Below, in pieces: positions 28,953 through 41,199 of a DNA stretch of 64,000 bases; position 1 is the first letter of the stretch, and each line of letters begins with the position of its first letter. The notes under the pieces were generated by a model. It was not told the origin of the DNA and ran no database searches. It saw only the letters and a program-made list of their open reading frames with translations. A program made the position numbers and the translations under genes. The stretch is from NCBI GenBank assembly GCA_023213395.1, contig CM041465.1, positions 232,011,741-232,075,740 of the forward strand. The letters are read 5' to 3'. Source of the stretch: Cycas panzhihuaensis (lineage: Eukaryota > Plantae > Cycadophyta).

Positions 28953-30017
28953 ATGACAGCACAAATGTTACTTTTTAACACCATTAAACTTAATGGCATC
29001 AACAATTTCATCCCATGGAAAAAACAAGTCAAAAATCTACTCATCATGAATAATTTTTGGGCCTATGTAAATGGAGACATACCCCTACCTAGGCCAACAC
29101 AAGACCCTAACAACCCTGACACCTTAATTCCTCCTGATCCTATAGCCTTAACTAACTTAAAAACTAAGCATAATATTGCCTTGTCCTTCCTCCACTTGGC
29201 GGTTGAAGACCAAGTGGACCAAAACATTGAAACAATCCAAACCTCTCATAAGGCATGGACCATTCTTTGTGCCCTCTATGAGAGAAACGATGAATCTAGG
29301 TCCTTGACCTTTAAAGCTCGCTTGTTTGCCATTCCTTTTACAGGCATTATTACAACCCATTTGACTGAAGTGAAGACCATTAGGAACCAATTGATAATCC
29401 TAGGTGAACCACCTTCAGATCATGACTTAATATTTAACATCCTAAACATTTTACCCATAGCATATAATAACTTTGTCTCTAAACTTCATGATAATTATTC
29501 AAAAATGGACTTCATCACCTTTGAGGGACTCTTGTTACAAGAAGAGAACATTCTCAATTGACTTGGGGTTACATCTACTTCTTACTCGGCCCCTGCCTTT
29601 GTAGCCCGTAATTCAGAAAAAAGCAAGACTGTACCAAGGATAGCTCAACAGCCTAGTCAACTCCAAAACCTTGTTCAACAATTGGACTCTCTCAACATCT
29701 CTCAAGAGCCACATCAACAGCCAACTCAGTAGCCACAACAGCCAGTTAGCTCCTCTTCTAATCTAAGTCAGTAGCCTCAGTAGTCCCAACTACAACCACA
29801 AAAGAACCAATAGAGTAGACCAAATGTCACTTGCCTTTACTGTGGAAAACCTGGTCACCTCGCTATTGAATGCAGTAGACGTCAAGTTGATTTACAGCTC
29901 TTGCAAAATCAAGGGAGCCAATCTTATGGGCCTAGTTTCCAACAAGCTACCTCATATTATCCACAAGTAGCCCTATTCTATCAACAAGGAGCACCATCTT
30001 ATCAACAAGGTGGTCCA
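28953..30017 (+). pseudogene. gag: Copia C gag (UBN2-type capsid, zinc knuckle CFYCGKPGHLAIEC, Gln-rich tail); continues at 35256
   Basis: ORF 28953-29561 (KLNGINNFIPWKKQV...AWTILCALYE). Zinc knuckle at ~29832-29873. Confidence 0.9.
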
Positions 30018-33000
30018 TGATGAAAAACAGGGCATAACTCAAACAGAGAAGAAAAGAGTACTGGATTTTATTGAGATTCAATCTCCTTAAGTATACATCA
30101 ATGATGTGATGGTTACAACTTCTAACGTAACCGATCACTCTGAGACTGCCAAGTGGCACGATCTTATATTATGACTACATTGAGGGTGGTCCTAACATGA
30201 CCCCTTTTCTTACCTAGATAAAACATTATATCTCAACACCCCCTCTTAATGTTTTATCTCTAATAATCCTATTTTGTCTCTTAAATATTTGAGCCTTTCT
30301 CTCCCAAGAGGCTTTGTCAGGAGATCTGCAACTTGCTCAGATGTGGGACAATATTCCAAGTCTATCTCTTTATTATGTACTTTTTCTCTTATGAAATGAT
30401 GATGAACTTCAATATGCTTTGTTCTTGCATGTAGAATTGGATTTTTGGTTAGCTTGATGGCACTTTGATTGTCACATTTCAAGGAAGTTGCTCATTTTTG
30501 CTATTGATCCAAGTCAAGCAGAAGTTGCCTTAACCGCATGACTTCACGGGTTGTTAACGTGGTCGCTTTGTATTCTTACGTAGAGGAGAGAGCTACTGTA
30601 GCTTGTTTCTTACTACACCATGAGATTGCTGAAGCTCCTAAGAAGAAACAATATCCAAGAGTGGATTTCCTTTGTTCTTTGTCACCGGTCAGTCGCGATG
30701 CCACGATATTTCGACTGGGTACCCCTTTAAGTATACTAACTTGAGATCTGTTGTTCCTTTGAGGTATCTTAAAACTCTTTTGGCGGCTTGCCAATGTCTC
30801 AACTTTGGATTTTGCATGTATCTGGATATTAGTCCTACTGAGTAGGATATGTCGCCCGGTGGTCATCAAATAAATCAGACTTCCAATCATTTGTCTGTAC
30901 AGGGTAACATCTACATCCTTTTCCATACTATCTGCTGTTAAGTCACAATTTGTTTCCATGGGTGTTGTGCATGGATTACAATTCTCCATCTGAAATCGAA
31001 CAAGCAGATTTTTGATGTAGTTACTTTGGGACAAGGTTATGTAGTTTTGATGTTGACCTACCTCCAGTCCCAAGTAGTAATTTAGTGGACCCAAGTCTGT
31101 CATTTCAAATTTCTGCTGAAGTTGACCTTTGATCCACTTAATTCCTTCTTCATCATTTCCAGTAAGAAGCATATCATCTACATAGACAACAATTATTGTT
31201 ATCTTGTTGTTTGTTTTTCTTATGTAGGGACTGGAGTCGGAGTTGCACCGAATGAACTTATTTTCTTCAAGAAAATGATCTAATTTGGCATACCAGGCGC
31301 GTGGAGCTTGTTTTAGACCATACATAGCCTTTTTTAATCTATAGACCAGATTCTTCTGTCCCTATTCAGCGTATCCTTCTGGTTGTTGCATATAGACTTC
31401 TTCTTCCAGCTCACCGTTTAAGAAGGTGCTTTTTACATCTAGCTGGGAGATTTTCCAACCTTGTGCTGCAGCCAAGGCTATTACTGTTCTTACTGTGTTC
31501 ATCTTTGCTACTGGAGAAAAAGTCTCATCAAAATCTACACCTGTTGTTTGAGTGTACCCTTTCGCGACTAACCTTGCCTTGTATTTTTCTATTTTACCAT
31601 CCACTCCCTTCTTTGTTTTGTAAACCCGTTTGCGCTTCTGGTGGATTTATTGGCAGGTAGTTCTACTAATTCCCATGTTTGATTCTTCTTGATTGAGTTC
31701 ATTTCATTGTCCATTGCCGCTTTCCATTCTTGATGATCTTTTGCTTCTTGAAAGTTTTGTGGTTCGACTTTGCTTAGAAGAGCTCTTGACCTTTGTCCCC
31801 GTGTTTTCTGTTCTATTACATTTCCTTCTTCAACTGTTTTGATATACCATTTTGGCAACTTTTTCTGTTTCCGTGGGTCTTCTTTCTCGATGGTGTCTTC
31901 TGATACTTGACTGGTTGATGATGGATCAGCTTGCCCTTCTTCTGAAGTGATTTCGGAATCATTTCCTTCCTGAGCTTCTTGATCTTCTAAGGTAATTTCT
32001 GACTTATTTTCTGGCTCATCTTCTTGCGTCTCTTTGTGTCTGGCAGCTTCCTGTTCGCTTTCCTTCTCATTTTCTATTATTCTAATTTGTGAGGATTCAG
32101 CAGAGTTTTCTTTGTTAAAAATGACATCTCTGCTTACATAGATTTTATTTGTTTTTGGATCTATGCATTTGTAGGCCTTTGAATTTTTACTGTAGCCTAT
32201 TAAGACGCATTCTATGCTTTTTGCATCCAATTTGGACATTTTTTTATCAGGAATATGCACAAATGCTTGACTACCAAACACTTTGAGAAGACTTACATCG
32301 GGTTTTTGTCCTGTCCAAGCTTCTTACGAGTGACATCCTTCAATGCTTTTGTTGGACTTCTGTTTATTAGGTAGCATGCTGTGCTAACTGCTTCTGCCCA
32401 ATATGTCTTTGATATTTTAGTTCCATACATCATGCTTCGAGCCATTTCCATTAGAGTTCTATTCTTTCTTTCAGCCACTCCATTCGATCGAGGGTGTAAG
32501 GAGTTGTAATCATCTCTGAATCCCTCGATCCTTGTAGTAATTTAGAAACTCCTTTGATATATATTCCCCTCCTCCATCTGATCTGATGCATTTGATTTTC
32601 GTTCCTGATTCTAGCTCTGCTTCTGCTTTAAATTCTTTAAATGTTTCAAAAACTTCTGACTTATTATGTAGGAAATATACCCAAACTTTCCGAGTGAAAT
32701 CATCAATGAAAGTTAAGAAGTATCTGCATCCATTAATTGTGAGAGGCGTAATTGGACCACAAATATCTGTATGTATCAATTCTAATTTAGACTGAGCTCT
32801 CCAAGTACTTTCTTTAAAAGGAAGTCTGTGCTGTTTGCCGAGTTGACAACCTTTACAAACAAATGTATCTAATGAAATATTAGGTAGGCCATTTACCATT
32901 CCTGATTTTTTCATTTGTTTAAGTGTATCAATTGAAAGATGCCCATACCTTAAATGCCATGCTTTATTATTAGATTTAGAAGTAGTACAAGCTTTTTCTT

Positions 33001-35250
33001 CCAGGTAAGGAAGTACATGATCTGACAGGAGTTTGTAAAGATCATTACATCTGACTCCTTTTCCAACAATTTTCCCACCTCTCTTCATATCTAGAATATG
33101 ACAATTCCCTTCTTCATCAAAAATGGTTCTCAAACCCTTTTTGCTCAATTGAAAGACAGAGAGGAGATTCATTTTTAGATCTGGTACAAACAAAACATTT
33201 CCAATTCTTTTTTCATTTCCATCCAAATTTACTGAAATAGTTCCAATCCCTTTTATATTAAGGGAATACTTGTCACCCAGTTCTACTGATTTGTCCATAT
33301 TGTAGGGATTCATGGTTTCAAACCATTCTTCCCGACTTGTCATATGTTTGGAGGCTCCTGAATCTATGTACCATATGTCTTTGTCTTTCATCTGGTAACC
33401 AATCTTTGTGATGAATGTTGTCTCTTCTTCTTCCTCTTCCTCTTCGTCCTTTTCTTTGCTGTAACCTCCAATAGGTCGTTTTCCTTTCTGAATTTCACTT
33501 CGTCTTTGTGGGCACTGATATGGATAGTGTCCACTTTGTCCACAGTAGCAGCATATGTCAAAGATTCTACAAGCTTTGGCGAAATGTCCGGTTCTTCCAC
33601 AGTTGTAGCAGACTCTGTTTTCTCTGCCGCGTCCTCGTCCTCTGGAATTTTGCCAGCGTCCTCGTCCCCGAAAGTCTGATGTTCAGCTTGGTCCTCGAAA
33701 TTGTTGTCTTCCTCTTGGCCTGAGATTCAGTCTGGACGCAAATGCATTCTCCAATTATGTCGTATTTTCATATCTTTTGTTTCTCTGTTCTTGTCTCAGT
33801 AACAAACCTATCAATTCATCAAGAGTTAATTTGTCTAACCTATCACTGTCTGTGATAGTGTTGACAATTGTGTCAAACGACTTTGGCAATCTTGCTGTTA
33901 CAATTTCCATAAGGTCTTATTCAGAAATTAGGCCTCTAGCACTTAAGAGATTATTTCTCACAGTAATAATCTTATGCATAAATTCTTCTACCTCTTCATT
34001 TTCTTTCATGTGAAGCTTGTACAACTCTTCTTTGAGTGCAATTATTCTTGCCTTATTCTTTTGTCCATATAAATTTTCCAAGTATTTCCAGATTTCAGAT
34101 GCCAGATTCAATTTTTCGACATAAACTAGGACAGAATCAGAAATTGACATTTTCAATGCGAGACTGGCCATATTATTTCTTTCAATCCAATTTCCTAGCT
34201 TATCATCACCAACTGGAGGACGTTTTTCTGTTCCTTCAGCAATTTCCCAGGCATTTTTCACCCTCAAAATGGTTTCTATCTTAATTTTCCACACATGATA
34301 GTTGGAACCAGTTAATTTTTCTGGTTCAGGCAGAGAGATGAGGGAGGAAGACATTATTTTTCAGGTCAAAAGGCAGAATTTGAAGCCTGTCAATGCAATT
34401 TGTCTGGAATTCGTCTGGAACCCTAGGTGTACGGCCGAAATGAAAAAGTACCTCAAAATCGAGGTTTCTCAGTCGCCTATCTAGATCTGAAGTCGATTTT
34501 GCAAAATCGTTTCTCAAACAGAAGAAATCTGCTCCGGAAGGAAAAACGGCAGCGAGGGCAGAAAGTCAAATTTTTGAAAAAACACTGAGAAAATCTTGAA
34601 ATAAATCTTCGAATCTGGATGCAAACTCAAGGTATTAATGCTAAGAAGGGTTTATGACTGGAAGTACCCGATATTATGAGCAAATCGAGAAGATTTCTGA
34701 GAAAACTCCTTCAAACCCGCGCGGACTGGTTTGGGCTCAATTTGGCCTCCAAAACGACCTCAAATGAATTGGCTCCAGAAGAGAAATGTCTTCAGCGTCC
34801 TCTGATCTAGCTCCTCACCAAATTTCGCTTCGATTTGACACTTCGAAAAAATCCCGTCCATACACGTCCGTACAGATCCGTACGGTTCCGTACACTAGAA
34901 AAATAATGATCTCTGACTGACAGGAAAGCCCTAACTGCCTTGTCTGCTTCTTGCACTCTTGACTGAGTTGTCTTGACAGAAGAAATTCATCAAAAAAGAA
35001 TCAGTTTAAACTGACCTACTCTGATACCATGATGAAAAACAGGGCATAACTCAAACAGAGAAGAAAAGAGTACTGGATTTTATTGAGATTCAATCTCCTT
35101 AAGTATACATCAATGATGTGATGGTTACAACTTCTAACGTAACTGATTACTCTGAGACTGCCAAGTGGCACGATCTTATATTATGACTACATTGAGGGTG
35201 GTTCTAACATGACCCCCTTTCTTACCTAGATAAAACATTATATCTCAACA
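30018..35250 (-). mobile_element. Young Ty1/copia element G
   Basis: 221-bp LTRs at 30018-30238 and 35030-35250, about 4 differences by eye. Reverse-complement PBS 35018-35029 and PPT 30239-30246. Perfect TSD GTCCA at 30013-30017 and 35251-35255. Confidence 0.97.
30246..34354 (-). pseudogene. Copia G gag-pol, broken by frameshifts
   Basis: ORFs 33917-34354 (gag), 32510-33391 (WYIDSGASKHM, integrase), 30576-31325 (YVDD RT), 30246-30482 (RNase H). Confidence 0.95.
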
Positions 35251-35639
35251 GTCCAGGCTACCATTAATAGAGACAAGGTTATCAACAAGGAGCACCGTGC
35301 CCTCCACAAGGAGCCCCTTATCCACAACAAGGAGACCCCATTTTGCAACAAGAAGCCCCCTATTTTCAACAAGATGGCCCTGTTTCATAGGAGGGAGGCC
35401 CTTACTATCCACAAGGAGGGCCATCATTTTAACCACAAGGCCAATTCTACCAACATAATTGGAATCCAAGACCTACGCAAAGCCAAAGACCACATAACAG
35501 GCAGCGGTTCCCCAACAGGAATCAAAGGAACTAGCAAAACATTCAACAATATGGAGGCAATGGGGCAGACAACTGGGATTCCTCCTCCTACAACTTGTTC
35601 TTTGCAACTCTATCTTCTCTTCTCAACTTGATGAAAATT

Positions 35640-38600
35640 CATGGCTCCTTGACTCAGGCACAACTAGACACATGATTGGTTCAGAAAAGATGTTGGAGGA
35701 GAGCTACTTAAAAAGCACCCAAACAGTCACATTTGGTGATAATTTAACATATAATGTGACCAAAATTGGTAGGGCTCTAATAGCCTTGAAAGAGTCCAAC
35801 ATCAGATACCATATCAACAATGTGTTCCTTGTACCAGGAATGAAAATGAACATGCTCTCCATTAATCAAACAGACAGGTAGAATCTAGGTGTCCTCTTCA
35901 GTCAGGGCATTTGTACACTCATATGCCATGCAACTGAAAAACTTATAGCCATGGGACATGAAGATAGTGGTTTATATAGGTTGGATGGTGTCCCCCTTGC
36001 CACTACTCAACCAAAGGAATCCTATTCAATGGCCTATACAACTCAACTTGATAAGGGGAAATATGTAATTGTTGAAGAATCCCCATGTATCTAGGAACCA
36101 GGAGAATGCTCTCATACAAAGGAAAATATAACTCCAAATAGCTCCAAAGACCAATTATGACATCAATGCCTAGGTCACTTAAATATACAAAGCTTAAACT
36201 TTATGTCTAGGCTTCCAATGGTACATGGTTTACCCAAAATCAAGAGACACAATAGCATATGTGAGGCATGCCTAAAGGGAAAGCAACGAAGAGAAAAATT
36301 CCCTTCCAAGAATTCATGGAGATCCTCAACACCATTAGAGTTGGTCCACTCAGACATCTGTGGGCCCATGTCAATCCAATCACTCAATGGGAGCTTGTAT
36401 TTCATGACCTTCATAGATGATTTCTCAAGGAAAGTGTGGGTCTACTTCCTGAGAAACAAGTACCAAGCCTAAGATAAATTCAAAGAGTTAAAGCTACAAT
36501 TAAAAATGAGAGCAGTATGACAATCAAGACCCTCAAATCAGATAATGGTGGTGAGTATATCTCCAATCAATTCAACAACTTTTGTAAGGAACATGGAATC
36601 CAACGACAATTTTTAGCACCTCACATATCACAATAAAACGGTGTAATCGAAAGGATGAACTAGACATTGGTGAACAAAGGAAAAGCCATGCTTAGTGCCG
36701 CCAATCTTGCCACCAGATTTTGGGTTGATGCAATTGCCACAACTGTATACTTAACCAATATAAGTCCCACCGTTGTGGTTATGAACATTACTCCTGAAGA
36801 AGCTTGGTCAGGTTAGAAACCAATTGTTGCACACTTGAAGATTTTTGGATGCATGGCGTATAAACTTGTTCCAAAGGAGAATAGAAAGAAGCTTGATGAT
36901 AAGAGCCTGGAATGCATCTTCTTTGGCTATGTACTTGGTTGCAAAGCCTATAAAGAGTTTGACACTGTTGGGAACCAAGCCTATACAATTCGAGATGTAA
37001 TATTTGCAGAAGGTTCACAGGACCTGAATCCACCCCAAGCATAGTTTGTAGCAAGTGCCTCTTGGACAAGTTCTAGGGCCACCGGTACCAGCTTCCTCCT
37101 ACACTCCAGGTCCTTCCATCAATTTCAGTAGCCTCTACTTCACCAACACAAGCAAGCACAACCTTGCCACCTATTTCAGTTGATGACCTTTAGGTGGAAG
37201 CCACTAGCATTCAGCCACCTCCCAAGTGGGTTCAACAATTGTTAAATGATGCTCCTCCTTCTCCCACAGCTGCCAAAAGGCCTTAAAAAATGAGACACTC
37301 CACAAATTTTTCCTTAATGGTACGTGTCCTAGAAACACCTGAGCCTTCCACGTTTGAAGAGGCAGTCAAAGACCAAATGTGGAAAGCAACTATGGATGAA
37401 GAGATGAACTCCATCATAAAAGACAACACTTGGGAGCTGACAGAATTGTCACCTGGGAAAAAGGCAATTGACTGTATATGGCTATACAAAACAAAATTCC
37501 ATACAGATGGTACCGTCGAGTGCCACAAATCTCCTCTTGTAGCAAAAGGTTTCAAACAACAGGAGGGGATTAACATGACCACATGACCACATGACCTTTG
37601 CACTGGTGGCCAACATGACCACATTCCATTTGGTTATGTCCCTAGCAGCCCAATTCAACTGCCTTATCTACCAAATGGATGTGAAGAGTGCTTTCCTCAA
37701 TGGAGATCATAGAAGAGGTTTTCTTGAAGCAACCTCTTAGTTATGTTGTTTCAGGACAAGAACACTTAGTATGCAAGCTCAAGAAAGCCCTATATGGACT
37801 CAAACAAGCACCATGTGCCTGGTATGCAAAGATTGATGCCTTCCTTAACCAACATGGATTCAATAGTTCACCTTCTGACCTAGATCTATACATTCGGGTT
37901 AGAAATAACTTGATCACAATCATAGTTCTCTATTTAGACAATCTTGCAATCACTAGCAACGATATAGAAGGCATAGCTTGGCTTCAATTAGAATTGAAAA
38001 GCAACTTTGAGATGGTAGATCTTGGGTTGCTCCATTACTTCCTTGGAATTGAAGTTTGGCAAGAACCATGCCACATCTTCCTATTTCAAAGAAAATATGC
38101 CAATGAGTTCTTACAAAGATTCAAGATGATAGAATGCAAGCCAACTCCAATTCCTATGGAAACAGGAACCAAGCCAAACTGGACGAACAAGGAAAGCCAT
38201 TCGATCCCACTTTGTACTGACAGTTAGTTGGGAGCCTCATCTATCTCACCCACACTCGACCAGACATATCATATGTAGTTGGGATCTATTCCAGGTACAT
38301 GCCACAGCCTAAAGCATCCCATTGGAAAGCCGCAACCAGGATTCTTAAATACATTCGTTGCACACATCAGTTTGGCCTTGAATACAACCAAACTGACTCT
38401 CCTATCCTGAAGGGAGACACATGTTGATGGGGCTGGTTGCCAGGACACTTGCCACTCAACTTCAAGATAGTGCTTTGACATGAACTCAACTGCAATCTCA
38501 TGGAGTTGTAAAAAGCAGCCAAATGTTGCCCTGTCTTCCATCGAAGCAGAATACAAAGCAACGGTCCATATCACAATAGAGTTGATTTGGGTTAGAAGAA

Positions 38601-38896
38601 TTTTCGCCAAGCTTGGACTTCAACAACATGCACCCACCATCCTCTATTGTAACAATCAAAGTGTGTTGAAGATGATGAAGAATCCTGTATTCCATGGTAG
38701 AACCAAGCACATTGAGGTCCATCATCACTTCATCCGTGAGCATGTTCAAAATGGAGAAGTTGATCTCGTCTATCGACCAATTGAGGACCAGGTTGTGGAC
38801 ATCTTCACCAAAGCACTCGGTAAACCAAAGTTTGAGCAGTTTCGACATAACCTCAGCATTAGAAGAAATGAAGCTGCTATTAAGGGAGGGTGTTAA
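35640..38896 (+). pseudogene. pol: Copia C pol (protease, integrase, RT, RNase H)
   Basis: WLLDSGTTRHM (~35642), LELVHSDICGP..FIDDFSRK, LKKALYGLKQAP, SWSCKKQ..FHGRTKHIE. Stops and frameshifts present. Confidence 0.95.
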
Positions 38897-39448
38897 AATT
38901 TTATAATAACACCACCATTTTGATGTATTTTTATGTACATCATGTTTATTTTGTACTTTAGGCGACCAATATTATAAAATTAATCATGTTTTATATTTAG
39001 GTCGGGTCGGCCGTATGTGCCGCTTAGTGGGCCAATTGTATTATTGGAAATCTTGGTGGGTTGCTTATAAATTAAGCCTTGCATCATTCTTTTGTACATA
39101 ATTTGGGAGTATATGTGGAAGCTCTGCCATTTGGGAGCCTCACGAGGTGACTAATTCGCCGGTGAATGATTTATTTCAGTTCTGCTTTTGTTTTTTGCAT
39201 GTTTATTCCATTATTGTGTTAGTTTAATATGATATTATGCCAGTAGCACATTGAATCTAGATCTTGGATGATTTTATTAGTATTCTCATAGGTTATCTCA
39301 CAGGTTCTTCAATTTCATTAGACCTCAATGAGTTGACATGCATTTATAAATATGTACCTTGTCTAATGCAATAAATGAGGATGGATCATTTTTTTCCATT
39401 CCTATTGTACTTTGCATTGCTGCATATTTCATCTTTCTTTATGATAGT

Positions 39449-40356
39449 TGTTATGATCCTCCACCATATGATGTTACTCTTATTGTAATTTATCCCACAT
39501 GCATAAGTCTAAGAGATGGGTAGCCTTAATAGCCCCATATATATATATATGATGTATGAGTGGGATGATCATTGTGTATTTGTAATCTTATGTTAATAAA
39601 TGTTCTTTGGAACTTCATCTCCTTCTTTATCTTTTGTCTATCATTTTCTATTTCTATTTCTCTATGTTGAATGGTTACAGGAATCAGTTCATTACAAGTG
39701 GTATCAGAGCTTTGTTCCGAAGTGGGAATTTTAAGGGAAGCTCTGATACCATGTTATGATCCTCCACCATATGATGTTACTCCTATTGTAATTTATCCCA
39801 CATGCATAAGTCTAAGACATGAGTAGCCTTAATAGCCCCATATATATGTATGTAATGTATGAGTGGGATGATCGTTGTGTATTTGTAATCTTATGTTAAT
39901 GAATGTTCTTTGGAACTTCATCTCCTTCTTTATCTTTTGTCTATCATTTTCTATTTCTATTTCTCTATGTTGAATGGTTACAAGAATCGGTTCATTACAA
40001 GTGGTGTAAGAGCTTTGTTCCGAAGCAAGAATTTTAAGGGAATTTTTTCCAAAGGGAAGGAAATTTTGACCCAAAATTCTCGCTTCAGAATGAAGCTTTG
40101 ATACCACTTGTAATGAACTGATTCCTGTAACCATTCAACATAGAGAAATAAAAATAGAAAATCATAGACAAACGATAAAGAATGAGATGAAGTTCCAAAG
40201 AACATTCATTAACATAAGATTACAAATACACAATGACCATCCCACTCATACATTACATACATATATATGGGGCTATTAAGGCTACCCATTTCTTAGACTT
40301 ATGCATGTGGGATAAATTACAATAAGAGTAACATCATATGGTAGAGGATCATAACA
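39449..40356. mobile_element. Mini-element F: three ~248-bp LTRs (+,+,-) of the M LTR family separated by convergent PBS pairs
   Basis: LTR1 39449-39696, PBS 39699-39710, reverse PBS 39740-39751, LTR2 39752-39999, degenerate PBS 40002-40013, reverse PBS 40095-40106, inverted LTR3 40109-40356. Flanks ATAGT/ACAAT. Host LTR B resumes colinearly. Confidence 0.9.
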
Positions 40357-41199
40357 ACAATATCATAACTTTTCTTGTATAATATTTTTAACATGATATT
40401 AGAGCACTTATGTAATTTTCTTACATGGTATTATCTCTTATGTGTTTGATATTCATCTAACATGATGTCAAACCCAATTTTCTAGCAAATTATGCATTAT
40501 TTCATGCTTCCTCATGGTTATCTCTATTGACTCCATTTGTATCATCCTGCCCATGTTGTTTTTAAATATTGTATCATTGGCAATATTGGTCACGTACATG
40601 CACAATCAATATGAAATCATTCAACCATCATTCCAAGCAGTCAACTAAATTACCATGCAATCATTTAATCAAACCGCAACATGAAACAAAGTAAGGTATG
40701 AGACTTGGTTGGTGTTAATAGGGGGTGTAGTTATTTGAAACAATAAGTATTGACTAAATTTTCATATAGTTAGAAAAAATATTAAAAGTTACCAAAAATC
40801 ATCTAAAATGTTTAGAATTGATATTTACTTACATACATAAAATTACTCCACCCACTAGTCTATGAATTCTTTTTTTTTTGTGCCCAAACTCAATCAAGAC
40901 CTTCTCCTTGCCCAAAATTAAAAATTATGATTATCTTTCACTTTTTAAAAATTTTGGCCCAATCAAAATCTATAAATCCTGTCAACTTGAAGTTATCATT
41001 ATGATGGAATTTGAGTTCATAATGAATTGTCCTTTTCAAGTATTTGAGGATTTTTTTTATAACAATGGAGATGTGGGCAATAGACTAGGTAGCCATCACC
41101 TAGCTTTAGGGAACCATCACCCATCTTTAAGGGACCATTGCCCAGTTTTAGGGCCATTGGTCACATGTTTACTCCATGTGACTGTCCCCTCCTTAAATA

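Larger units (their letters stand above)
26625..39279 (+). mobile_element. Ty1/copia element C (full length, degenerate), containing G
   Basis: LTRs 26625-27002 and 38891-39279. PBS TGGTATCAAAGC at 27003-27014. PPT AAGGGAGGG at 38882-38890. TSD GTATT at 26620-26624 and 39280-39284. Gag-PR-IN-RT-RH order. Confidence 0.95.
23506..40487 (+). mobile_element. Non-autonomous LTR element B (LARD-like; ~2.5-kb internal region with no recognised gag/pol); 3' LTR interrupted by C and F
   Basis: 5' LTR 23506-23965. PBS TGGTATTAGAGC at 23966-23977. PPT GGGAGAG at 26450-26456. 3' LTR in three pieces: 26457-26624, 39285-39448, 40362-40487. Perfect TSD AATTA at 23501-23505 and 40488-40492. Confidence 0.92.

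Noticed and set aside
37574-37623. CATGACCA short repeats in the RT of element C
   Set aside because: Local slippage or duplication damaging RT. No sign of function.
39449-40356. tRNA gene or CRISPR-like array at element F
   Set aside because: Only the 12-nt tRNA-Met 3' complement is present, with no cloverleaf or A/B boxes. The repeats are LTRs in a eukaryotic context with no cas genes.
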